Positions 1 through 8,479 of a stretch of DNA of 20,000 bases are shown in pieces (within the stretch, counting starts at the first letter, position 1; every line of letters begins with the position of its first letter). The stretch spans positions 46,463 to 66,462 of IMG/VR virus record IMGVR_UViG_3300003267_000135; one strand, given 5' to 3'. The DNA comes from an uncultured virus (IMG/VR IMGVR_UViG_3300003267_000135). Taxonomy: Duplodnaviria; Heunggongvirae; Uroviricota; Caudoviricetes. The notes beneath the pieces were generated by a model, which made no database searches, was not told the DNA's origin, and saw only the letters and a list, made by a program, of their open reading frames with translations. The position numbers and the translations under genes are program-made.

Positions 1-2
1 GA

Positions 3-956
3 TCGCCATATTACGATCAGCCGCTTGCGGCCCCGATTTCGCTAGGACTTGCGAAAATCGTTCGAGCGCAGATTACGGGCGTCGATCTTGGGGTGGCATC
101 AGACCTCACCGTCAATTTGATTGGCGCAACAGCGCAAGGCACGACGCCGCCCAGCGGATGCGGGCCGTCGAATTGCCAGCCACCGCAGGCACAACTTCTG
201 TTTTTTCAGGGAAACGTCCAACAGCAGGTTGCCGAAGCGGCGGCGGAGGCAGCAGCGGCGGCAGCAAGTGCCACCGCGGCGAATGACTCGGCCGTTGCAG
301 CGGCGTCTTCCGCCAGTGCTGCCGCGGGTTCTGCCAACGCAGCGGCGGCAAGTGATACGAACGCCGCCGCACAGGTTGTCTTGGCGGCGGGCTACGCGAC
401 GAATGCCAATAACGCAGCGGCAGCAGCCAACACGTATGCCGGACAGGCGGCGACGAGCGCCACCAACGCGGCAACTAGCGCCGCCGAAGCGGCGGCAAGT
501 GCTGCTGCCGCCAATACAAGGGCCGCGGCAACGATCGGGCTCACAGTAGGAGCCACGCACACGATTCCCGACGCGGCTGAAACCGTGGTCAATTGGGACG
601 GGGCCAATTTCGACGATGCGGCGTTCTGGAACTCGGGGGCTCCAAGCCGGATCACGGTTCCGGCAGACGTTACGCGGGTTCGTCTCAGCGCCGGCATTCG
701 CTGGCCGTCTGCGGCAACGGGCTCACGCAAGATCACCATCAAGAAAAACGGCGGTGAGGCGTGGGCGACGTGTGATCTTTCCAGCGTCGATACCGGCAAC
801 GGCACGATTTTGACGCCAATCATCGAAGTGATCCCCGGCGATTACTTTGAGGTTTATGTGGAGCAGGATTCCGGAGGCCCACTCGACTTGGAAACTTCCA
901 CGGTCAACGCCAACCGCAGCAATTTCTTTTGTGTTGAGGTGATGGGGCAGTCCTGA
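3..956 (+). CDS. Tail fibre/virion appendage protein, 5'-truncated: beta-domain remnant, Cys motif, Ala-rich stalk, C1q/TNF-like C-terminal head
   Basis: The frame of the 93..956 ORF has no stop back to position 3 (SPYYDQPLAAPISLGLAKIVRAQITGVDLGV...), so GTG93 is probably internal. The Ala/Ser/Asn-rich stretch resembles lambda Stf-type stalks. The C-terminus (VVNWDGANFD...SRITVP...VRLSAGIRW...GDYFEVYVEQDSG) resembles jelly-roll fibre heads. Confidence 0.7.
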   Translation, partial: SPYYDQPLAAPISLGLAKIVRAQITGVDLGVASDLTVNLIGATAQGTTPPSGCGPSNCQPPQAQLLFFQGNVQQQVAEAAAEAAAAAASATAANDSAVAAASSASAAAGSANAAAASDTNAAAQVVLAAGYATNANNAAAAANTYAGQAATSATNAATSAAEAAASAAAANTRAAATIGLTVGATHTIPDAAETVVNWDGANFDDAAFWNSGAPSRITVPADVTRVRLSAGIRWPSAATGSRKITIKKNGGEAWATCDLSSVDTGNGTILTPIIEVIPGDYFEVYVEQDSGGPLDLETSTVNANRSNFFCVEVMGQS

Positions 957-1033
957 AGCCGATAATCACAATGACGCGGCGCGACTGGCTCGCTGCCATC
1001 CTACAAACCAAACTCGCGATACAATTCTTCCAT

Positions 1034-2968
1034 ATGAGCTGCGGATGCCAACCCTCTTCGTCGAACTGCACGCCGTTCAATCCTTGCGCGCCTGAAAACT
1101 ATGGCGGCATGTTCCCGTCTCTCGTGGGGCCAATGGGTCCTCCCGGTGGTCAGGGCACATTTCTGGAAAATTACGGGCTCCTTCGCGCGATCGATGCGAC
1201 GGTTTTCCAAAACGGATATTTGGCCTACGTAGCCGGATACGCGGTGGCGGGCGACGGTGGTGAAGGAATCTTTCAATACCTTCCCGCGAGCGTGGCGGCA
1301 GATAACGACGGGACGATCATTTCGCCCGCCAATGCAATTGGCCGATGGCATCGCGTGTTCAGCGGATCGGTGAATGTGCGCTGGTTCGGCGCGAACAACA
1401 ACGGCATAGTTGATGCCACGACCAAGGTTCAAAACGCGATCAACTTCTGCAAGACATCCAGCAATCGCATTCTGTTCTTCCCGGTCGGAACGTATCTGGT
1501 GACGCAATCGCTCAACTGCACGTTCGATGCCGATGGGGAAGCGGCGTTTTGGATCGTCGGCGAGGACTGGAGAAAATCCATCATCAATGGGATTTTGACC
1601 GAGGCATATCCCGTTCTCGACTTCTCCGGTGACACGCGAGGCGGCATCAGAAACATCGAAGTTGTAGCGCCGACCGGATTGGCGACATGCACCGTGTTTT
1701 CGGCGAAACCAACTGCCGCCGCGAATTACGGTAACGTCTTCACGGTGGATCACTGCGCCATCGGTTTGAAAACCGGAGTGACCGGAACAATCAACGACGT
1801 TGCGTTGGTCATTTACAACACTGACCTATCAAGCGTCTTCAATTCCGAGATCAATGGTCCGACGGCCTGCACCGCGGGATTTGGGAAACGCGCTGCGATC
1901 ACGTCGAAATATCAGACCACGCCAGCGTTGCAGGATAGCACGTTGATCAAGGTGCAAAATTGCATCTTCAATTCGTGGGCAGGCCCATCATTTGAATATA
2001 CGGGCGGGGCCAAGCTGGTGTTGGACTTCTGCTATCTCGCGCTCGTGGGAGCCGGCTACACCTCGAACTTCAAGATCAGTGGAACGGGCGGAAAATCGGT
2101 GTATGCCCGTTCTCTTGAGATGGAAAACCAGAGCGTTCACGCCAACGTGGATGCCATCTATTTCGAAACGCCTTCCTTGTGCGGCGAAATATCGGGCGAC
2201 ATTGAGGCCGGCTCTGCGGGCGGTGACAGAATGTTCAATGCCCCGGTGTCACTCGGATCGTCGATGGCTCAATACAAGCTCATCGTTGCGAGTTCGGTTA
2301 ATCCGATTTTCCGGTCCGGAACCGTTGTCAAAAACGTTCAGGTTTTCACCCAGCAGAACACGTTCGGCGGACCGCTGGACGCTACGAGTTACGGATTGGA
2401 CATCGCAGAGAGCGCAGACAATTGGGGACGTGCGGCAAAAACACGATGGGCAGCTCGGATTGAGCGTCCCTTCGATGATAATGTCATCATGTCCGACGGC
2501 TCCGCAAGCGCCGATCCGCTGCTTCTGGAGCCCGATGTTCAAGTTTGGCCAACATTCCGAGACGCACGCTTGAGGGTCGCACGTTCGTCCGCCGAATGGC
2601 TGCAAATTGTTGGGTGCGCTGCCGGACACGTTGGCGGCGGTGCAAACAACATCATGGCGATTGACACGGTTGGAAATCCAAACGCTCGCCGGATCATCAT
2701 TCGAAAGTCGGTCGATGCCGGCGCAACTTACACGCAGCTTGGGGCGATTTCGCTTTTGGGAGACATGGAGTTGTCGGGCACCGTTCAACCAAATGGTTAT
2801 ACTGTCGCCAACCTGCCGAGCGGCCTGACTCAAAGCTACGCTATCGCATTCGTGTCGGATGCCACCACGGCACAGGGGGTCGGAAGTGGCTTGGCCCCGG
2901 TCGGCGGCGGCGCAAATAAGCGGCCCGTCTTTACCACCAACAACGGGACGAACTGGCTGCAATTTTAA
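1034..2968 (+). CDS. Tailspike/depolymerase with pectate-lyase-like beta-helix
   Basis: Start moved to ATG1034 (MSCGCQP...) because 971-1033 looks intergenic. Has the tailspike N-terminal motif GYAVAGDGGEGIFQY...DNDGTII...GRWHR, the beta-helix cap VNVRWFGANNNGIVDATTKVQNAIN...LFFPVGTYLV, and a C-terminal fibre-type motif YTVANLPSG...AFVSDA...GGGANKRPVF...GTNW. Confidence 0.8.
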   Translation: MSCGCQPSSSNCTPFNPCAPENYGGMFPSLVGPMGPPGGQGTFLENYGLLRAIDATVFQNGYLAYVAGYAVAGDGGEGIFQYLPASVAADNDGTIISPANAIGRWHRVFSGSVNVRWFGANNNGIVDATTKVQNAINFCKTSSNRILFFPVGTYLVTQSLNCTFDADGEAAFWIVGEDWRKSIINGILTEAYPVLDFSGDTRGGIRNIEVVAPTGLATCTVFSAKPTAAANYGNVFTVDHCAIGLKTGVTGTINDVALVIYNTDLSSVFNSEINGPTACTAGFGKRAAITSKYQTTPALQDSTLIKVQNCIFNSWAGPSFEYTGGAKLVLDFCYLALVGAGYTSNFKISGTGGKSVYARSLEMENQSVHANVDAIYFETPSLCGEISGDIEAGSAGGDRMFNAPVSLGSSMAQYKLIVASSVNPIFRSGTVVKNVQVFTQQNTFGGPLDATSYGLDIAESADNWGRAAKTRWAARIERPFDDNVIMSDGSASADPLLLEPDVQVWPTFRDARLRVARSSAEWLQIVGCAAGHVGGGANNIMAIDTVGNPNARRIIIRKSVDAGATYTQLGAISLLGDMELSGTVQPNGYTVANLPSGLTQSYAIAFVSDATTAQGVGSGLAPVGGGANKRPVFTTNNGTNWLQF

Positions 2969-2972
2969 CGAC

Positions 2973-3374
2973 ATGAACGACTCCGCATATTCCAACGAGA
3001 TCGACCTTGGCCGCAAGGAGCCGGACCTTGGCGAGATCAAGCCCGCGTCGCCGGCCGGCAAGAAAGGCAAGCCGCGCGTGTTCTATCCCTCGCTCTACAT
3101 TGATAACGTCGAAGGGATTCCATCGCTGCCCAAAGAGGGACGCATGTTGGTCGAGTTCCGTCGCAAGCGGATGAGCGTCGAGGAAAACATGGACGGCAAG
3201 GAAACGGCGGGAGTGACGCTCGAAATTCGCAAGCTCTGTCTGCCGGAAGACATGGCCGAGGAGGGAGACGACATGGCAAGCGCGATGAAGGATTTTGCCA
3301 AGGGCAACGGCGTGGACACAGGAACAGCCGAAGCCAAGGACGATCGGGACGACGATGACGGCGACGAGGAATAA
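2973..3374 (+). CDS. Hypothetical protein (133 aa) with acidic C-terminal tail
   Basis: ATG2973 lies 4 nt after the tailspike stop, whereas the ORF-track start at 2859 overlaps the tailspike. Ends DDRDDDDGDEE. Confidence 0.7.
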   Translation: MNDSAYSNEIDLGRKEPDLGEIKPASPAGKKGKPRVFYPSLYIDNVEGIPSLPKEGRMLVEFRRKRMSVEENMDGKETAGVTLEIRKLCLPEDMAEEGDDMASAMKDFAKGNGVDTGTAEAKDDRDDDDGDEE

Positions 3375-3379
3375 TCAAC

Positions 3380-4357
3380 ATGATCGTCACGGTGCGCGAC
3401 GCTTGGGAAGGTTCTAAAAATCCGGCCATACTCGGAATCGGTAGCCGCGATCTTTTTCTTGATTACCTGAAACGCGCTGTCGAGTTGGCAGCGTTCAAGG
3501 CCAATTATCAGGTCTGGCTTGGCACGCTGGATGTGTGCAGTAATCATTGCGGCTACGTCACACTACCTTCGTTTGTGGGAACGGTGCTACAGGTGAACGT
3601 AGGCGGCGCTCCAACCATGTTCCGCAATCCGTGGTATGGCTTCCACGTCAACGGAGCTGGCGATCAGTGTTGCGGTCCAGCCGTCGGATTTTCAGACGAT
3701 CTTGGCTACTCTCCTACGTTTCAGGACTTGAAGGAATGGAGCATGGTCGCAGCCATTTGCGAGGACGCGATCGACGGCAACGGCTCGCTCAAGATGATCG
3801 TCGAAGGCGAGACGATGGATGCGATGAGCAATCCAAAGGAAGCCATCACGATTCCGGCAAGCGGCCCGTCGTTGTCCGGCGTGCAAATTCCGCTGATGCT
3901 TAATTGGGCCAGCAGCGATCCGGCGTTCACGTGGTTCAAGAAGATCACTCGCGTCACGAAGCCCGTCACCCGCGGTTATGTGAAGTTGATCGGTTTTCCG
4001 CAACGCTCGATGGCAACGGCGGTGACGCTCGGCTACTACGCTCCCAACGAGACAAATCCGATTTTCCGGCGCATTCGTGTAGGGTGCGCGTGCAGTTGGG
4101 TGCGCCTAAAATATCGCCGCGCGTCACTTGCCATGGTTAATGATTGGGATGTTGTGCCGATCGGTAGCTATCAGGCGACGCTCGAATTGCTGAAGGCTAT
4201 CCGGTTGGCGGATACAAACGACGTGGCCGCAAGTGAGGCGTATTTGGCGCGTGCGGTGCGTTTGCTCAATGAAGTCGAAAGTATCCAAAATGGCAGCACA
4301 TGGAGCCCGATCCAAGTTGAGCCGGGCTTTCTCTACGGGACACTCGATTGGCGCTGA
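3380..4357 (+). CDS. Putative head-tail adaptor / tail tubular protein A-like
   Basis: Lies directly upstream of the nozzle-like gene. Has an N-terminal helix, a beta-rich middle (YVTLPSFVGTVLQVNVGG) and a C-terminal helical hairpin (LELLKAIRL...SEAYLARAVRLLNE) like podovirus adaptors. The call rests mainly on synteny. Confidence 0.55.
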   Translation: MIVTVRDAWEGSKNPAILGIGSRDLFLDYLKRAVELAAFKANYQVWLGTLDVCSNHCGYVTLPSFVGTVLQVNVGGAPTMFRNPWYGFHVNGAGDQCCGPAVGFSDDLGYSPTFQDLKEWSMVAAICEDAIDGNGSLKMIVEGETMDAMSNPKEAITIPASGPSLSGVQIPLMLNWASSDPAFTWFKKITRVTKPVTRGYVKLIGFPQRSMATAVTLGYYAPNETNPIFRRIRVGCACSWVRLKYRRASLAMVNDWDVVPIGSYQATLELLKAIRLADTNDVAASEAYLARAVRLLNEVESIQNGSTWSPIQVEPGFLYGTLDWR

Positions 4358-4360
4358 TCC

Positions 4361-6436
4361 ATGGAAACGCCACTGCCATCACGCATCACCGTCCAAGGTG
4401 GCAATTACAACGGGCAAGCCGTTGGATGGCCGCTTGGGGTGGATAGCTTCAGCCATCCTCTGTTTGTGGACGCGCGCCAATTGCGCTGGCTGGAAAACGC
4501 TGTGACGCAGGGCGGCTTCATGCAGGTGCGGCCGGGATTTCTGACGCGTGGCGTGTTCGATGCCAACGTTCAGGGGAGCCTTGCAAATCTGTGGTGGATT
4601 GCAAATGAAGGCCCGTTGATGCACCCGCAAATGCTCGTGCGATTTCGACCGAGTGGAGGATCATCGGACCAGTTGGTTTTTGCCGTCGCTGGCAGCGTGT
4701 TTTACTGCGCGGTCAATCCGGATGGATCGCTGGGGCCAATCGCGCAAATTCCGGGGCTGCGATTCAACCGTTATGCGGACGTGCTAGTAGGATGCCGGTG
4801 TGTGCAAACCGCGACGATTGAAGCTGGCATCTACAAGAACAACGTCGCGCCACGGAACCTACTAATCATTCAGGACGGCGTTAATCGCGCCGGCATTTGG
4901 GATGGAAATGTGGGTGTTCACGCCAATCCCCAAAAGAAGATCACGAACACGGCAACGGGAGACACGCTCTATCCCGAGGCGTGGAACCAGACGCGCATTG
5001 GCCTTTGGATGGCATGGAGTGGCAACCGTCTTTTCGTGTTTGATGGTCCGAACGGCTATGCGTCCGACCTCAACGACCCAACGCATTTCACCGAGGAACT
5101 GAACTTACAGTCGTTCCCGAAATTTGTTTTTCCTGAGGACGTGACCGGGGCGATTGACCGTGGCACGAGCGGCACAACGCGGAGCCAAGTGGTCGTCTTC
5201 ACCCAGACAACGACTTGGACGCTATGGAGCGGAATCCAAAACCGCTTGCCGTCGCCGTATGGCGTGGGCTGGCAGTTCACGGACGATTTTCAGACGAAGA
5301 TTTTCGATGCGGTCGGCTGCGTCGCGGGCAAGTCCGCGATCGTCCATCGCGGGCTGCTTTATTGGAAGTCGCAGGGCGGTCTTGTGCTGTTCGATTCCGC
5401 CCAGACGGTGAACAGCTCGCAAAACCTTCCGCCGATTGATTCGGAAATGGCGTATTCAAAAACCAAGGTATCGCCGGCAGCGGAGGGGATCGATCTGACC
5501 TGTGCGGGCCGATTCGACAACTATGTGTTTTGGTCTGTTCCCGTTGGGCGCGTGACCGATGGTCGTCGCTACTGCGCCCACACACAGGTCTTGGACCGCC
5601 AAACCACCGTTGTCCGCAGTTCGGGGGTGCAAGGCCCGTTCAGCGGCGGGAGCACGGGTTGGCAAGGCGTCTGGACGGGCATCCGTCCGGTCGAATGGGC
5701 GGGTGTGAAGGTTGGTGGACATGACCGCGCGTATGCGCTTTCCTTGGATGGTCCGGGGGCGGTCCGAATCTGGGAGGCGTTTCAGTCCAATCGAGCCGAC
5801 AACGGGCGTCGCATACCGTGGCTTTTTGAAACAAGATCGCATCCGGTCCAGCCGACGATTTTTGGATATGCGCAGTTCAACCACTTTCGACTTCTGATGG
5901 ATCAGATTGGCGGCAACGTGGACTTGCTCGGCTACTGGCGTGGGATCAAGGGCACGTATCACCAGTTGCTAGATACGCGCATCACGGCGACGCCGGGGAC
6001 CGTTCTGCTGCCGCTTCCGCAGTTCACGCCGATCACCAATGGCACTCAAAACGGCAGTTTGGCGCTTCAGGGGCGCACGGTGATTTCGCCGAATCACCTT
6101 GGGCCGACGGAATGCGGTTCGCAGAATGTCGAATCCGAGTGGGACGACTCAAAGGATCACGCTTTCAGCATTGCTGTTAGGGTCACGGGCCGAGCCGCAG
6201 TCTCCGCTTATATGCTGGCAGTCGATTCGCTGCGCGACAACAGTGACGGCACCGCGCAGAAGGCAACCGGCGTAAGTGAAGAGGGGTTCAATTTAATGCC
6301 CGAAGGCGGATGCCCGTCGCACGAGGACGGAGCGACGCCAGATTATGTGGCCCAGCCGCAGCCGCCGCAGCTTGTGGCTTGCCCGTATCTGCCCGCACAA
6401 ATGTTGACGGACGAATATATCGCACCCACGGCTTAA
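4361..6436 (+). CDS. Tail nozzle / tubular protein B / P22 gp10-like DNA stabilisation protein (beta-propeller)
   Basis: 691 aa, beta- and Trp-rich. Motifs LENAVTQGGFMQVRPG, MAWSGNRLFV and VGCVAGKSAIVHRGLLYWKSQGG resemble gp10-like propellers. Lies between the adaptor and ejection genes. Confidence 0.7.
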   Translation: METPLPSRITVQGGNYNGQAVGWPLGVDSFSHPLFVDARQLRWLENAVTQGGFMQVRPGFLTRGVFDANVQGSLANLWWIANEGPLMHPQMLVRFRPSGGSSDQLVFAVAGSVFYCAVNPDGSLGPIAQIPGLRFNRYADVLVGCRCVQTATIEAGIYKNNVAPRNLLIIQDGVNRAGIWDGNVGVHANPQKKITNTATGDTLYPEAWNQTRIGLWMAWSGNRLFVFDGPNGYASDLNDPTHFTEELNLQSFPKFVFPEDVTGAIDRGTSGTTRSQVVVFTQTTTWTLWSGIQNRLPSPYGVGWQFTDDFQTKIFDAVGCVAGKSAIVHRGLLYWKSQGGLVLFDSAQTVNSSQNLPPIDSEMAYSKTKVSPAAEGIDLTCAGRFDNYVFWSVPVGRVTDGRRYCAHTQVLDRQTTVVRSSGVQGPFSGGSTGWQGVWTGIRPVEWAGVKVGGHDRAYALSLDGPGAVRIWEAFQSNRADNGRRIPWLFETRSHPVQPTIFGYAQFNHFRLLMDQIGGNVDLLGYWRGIKGTYHQLLDTRITATPGTVLLPLPQFTPITNGTQNGSLALQGRTVISPNHLGPTECGSQNVESEWDDSKDHAFSIAVRVTGRAAVSAYMLAVDSLRDNSDGTAQKATGVSEEGFNLMPEGGCPSHEDGATPDYVAQPQPPQLVACPYLPAQMLTDEYIAPTA

Positions 6437-6448
6437 CCATTCGCGACG

Positions 6449-7174
6449 ATGCCTAATCAGACTGTTCCAATCACACTGAGCTGGGGGCCGACAACGGGCG
6501 ACGTGAGCGCGCTCGACATCAACCAGCTTGGCACGCTCATCGCGCAACAGTTGTCCGGTTCGTTGCGGGCAGACATTTCCTTCATCCCAATCGTCACAAA
6601 CGATCCCGCGGCTTATCAGGGTCAGTTGATTTTCAACGTCGCCCAAAACCTATTCAAGTCGTGGAGCATTGGGGCCGGTGCGTATGTGGCCATTTCTCCT
6701 TACGCCGTGGGCGATGTGAAAAACACGTTTATCGGAAACGATTCCGTCGTGACAGGGTGGGTCATTCTGAACGGGCGTAAGATTTCCGACATCACGGGCC
6801 TTTCGGCCGCACAGATTTCCAACTTGCAAGGGCTGTTTGGCGCGAGCGTTGATCAAGCCATTCCAAGTGTATCCCCCGCCAATGTGAGTGGATTGCCGCA
6901 GGGAAATGCATTTGGGAATATCCCTTGGGGTGGAAATCTCGACCCAAGTGTTTTGCCGAATGCCGGCACGTTCGCATCAATGGCATTTACCAATCCCGTG
7001 ACCGATACTGAGGCGACGGCGCTTGCCAATAATTGCGAGACACTTCGCACGTCCACCGATCAAGCATTCACGGTGACAAAACAGATTCAGGCATTGTGCC
7101 AGCAGGTTCTCACGGCACTCAACACAGCCAGCACGCCGCCGCTCTACGCTTCCGTTTTCATAGGATACCCGTGA
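6449..7174 (+). CDS. Tail protein with partial tail-collar motif
   Basis: YAVGDVKNTFIGNDSVVTGWVILNGRKIS resembles the tail collar motif (GxI...GWxxCxG). Ends PPLYASVFIGYP, like collar-fibre C-termini. Confidence 0.55.
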   Translation: MPNQTVPITLSWGPTTGDVSALDINQLGTLIAQQLSGSLRADISFIPIVTNDPAAYQGQLIFNVAQNLFKSWSIGAGAYVAISPYAVGDVKNTFIGNDSVVTGWVILNGRKISDITGLSAAQISNLQGLFGASVDQAIPSVSPANVSGLPQGNAFGNIPWGGNLDPSVLPNAGTFASMAFTNPVTDTEATALANNCETLRTSTDQAFTVTKQIQALCQQVLTALNTASTPPLYASVFIGYP

Positions 7175-7695
7175 TCACCGTCCTTCCAACTGACGACGTT
7201 GAGATCGTAAACCGGCTGGCGAACCACCCGGACATTGCTCCGCACGTTCGCGATGACAGCGTTACGGGCACGATCGATCTGTCGTCGCTGTGCAATGGCG
7301 CAAACGTCTTCCTGTTGATTCAGTTCGACGGCGAGCCCGTCGGATTCGTCATCATGGTTAAAATCGCACAAGGCATCTATGAGCAACACAGCGGGATTTT
7401 GGCCGCACACCGCGGACGCGAGGCGTTGCACGCCGGCAACGAAGTGCTTCGGCACATGTTTCGCCGCACCGATTGCATGACGGTGGTGACATGGGCTTGG
7501 GTGACGGCTCGACACGTGCGTCTAATGGCGCGATTCCTTGGTTTTACGGAGCAGGCGCGCGAGCTGTGGCCCAACACCGTGAACGGGCTTCGTGCCGAGC
7601 GCGTAATTTTTACTCTGACTCTCGCTGAATGGGCGCAGAACCAGAAAGGAAAGGTTGAAGCATCATGCCAATCGCAGCCGCACTCCCTTATTTAG
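7171..7695 (+). CDS. GNAT-family N-acetyltransferase (DUF2824 / T7 gp13-like)
   Basis: GTG7171 overlaps the upstream TGA (GTGA). GNAT pattern DGEPVGFVIMV...YEQHSGILAAHRGREA...ARFLGF. This position just before the ejection genes is typical of podoviruses. Confidence 0.75.
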   Translation: MITVLPTDDVEIVNRLANHPDIAPHVRDDSVTGTIDLSSLCNGANVFLLIQFDGEPVGFVIMVKIAQGIYEQHSGILAAHRGREALHAGNEVLRHMFRRTDCMTVVTWAWVTARHVRLMARFLGFTEQARELWPNTVNGLRAERVIFTLTLAEWAQNQKGKVEASCQSQPHSLI

Positions 7696-8474
7696 CTACC
7701 GCCGCTACGGTCGCGGGCACAGTTAGCAGCATCAACGCGAACAAGAAACTCGCGGGCGCGGCGCAATCGGGTGTCGATGCGCAGCGCAACATTGCGGCTG
7801 ATTTGAAATATCAGCCGATCGACATTGAAAAGCTGAAGTCAGACGCGACCAAGCAAGCGATCCAGAACGCGACGCAATCTCTGGCCTTGGAGCGTTCGTT
7901 GCAACCGGACGTTGCCAACACGCGGGCCAATCTTGCCAGCAGCGTGAGCGATCAGCTTGCGCAAGGTGGGAACCTACCGGCCGACATCGCAAACAAAGTC
8001 GCAATGGAAGCGCGCACCGTGGGTGCTCGCAGCGGCACGCAGGACAACGTTGCGCCAGTCACGGCATCGCTCATCGGCCTGACTTCGCTGGACCTTCTCC
8101 GCAATCGACAGGGCGCAGCGGCCAACTTGCTTGCGGCTAATCCGCTGCAACCAACCGGCCTTGATCCCGGTGCAGTCGCGTCTGCGGAAGTTGCCCAAAA
8201 TGCTGCGTTGAACGACTTCAATTTGGCGAAGGCTGGCGTGGACTCCAATATCGCGCGCGGCCAAACCGGGGCTGATGCAGCCGCCATCGGGGCCAACGCG
8301 AGCGTGATCCCTGCGATCGGGTCGGCGCTGACATCGATCGGATCACTCTTTCGTTCGACACCGACGACGGGCGCCACGGCTGGGCTTCCGAAAACGACAA
8401 CGCTGCCGGCATTCAATTACGTGTTGCCCAAGACGAATTACTCTCTGTTGGGCGGTGCTGCGCCAGTCACCTAA
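7665..8474 (+). CDS. DNA ejection/pilot protein (P22 gp7 / T7 gp14-like)
   Basis: Hydrophobic N-terminus (MPIAAALPYLATAATVAGTVSS) followed by NKKLAGAAQ, an Ala/Gln/Asn-rich helical body, and the amphipathic segment IGSALTSIGSLF. Follows the GNAT gene. Confidence 0.65.
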   Translation: MPIAAALPYLATAATVAGTVSSINANKKLAGAAQSGVDAQRNIAADLKYQPIDIEKLKSDATKQAIQNATQSLALERSLQPDVANTRANLASSVSDQLAQGGNLPADIANKVAMEARTVGARSGTQDNVAPVTASLIGLTSLDLLRNRQGAAANLLAANPLQPTGLDPGAVASAEVAQNAALNDFNLAKAGVDSNIARGQTGADAAAIGANASVIPAIGSALTSIGSLFRSTPTTGATAGLPKTTTLPAFNYVLPKTNYSLLGGAAPVT

Positions 8475-8479
8475 TAACA

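Noticed and set aside
235..530. GCG/GCC-rich repetitive DNA as a tandem repeat or array
   Set aside because: It is explained by Ala codons of the fibre stalk and has no fixed repeat-spacer structure.
978..997. Bulged hairpin GGCGCGA-ctggc-TCGC(T)GCC as an intrinsic terminator
   Set aside because: The stem is imperfect and there is no downstream U-tract.
1127..1156. Collagen-like GPMGPPGGQG
   Set aside because: Only three Gly-X-Y triplets, too short to call a collagen domain.
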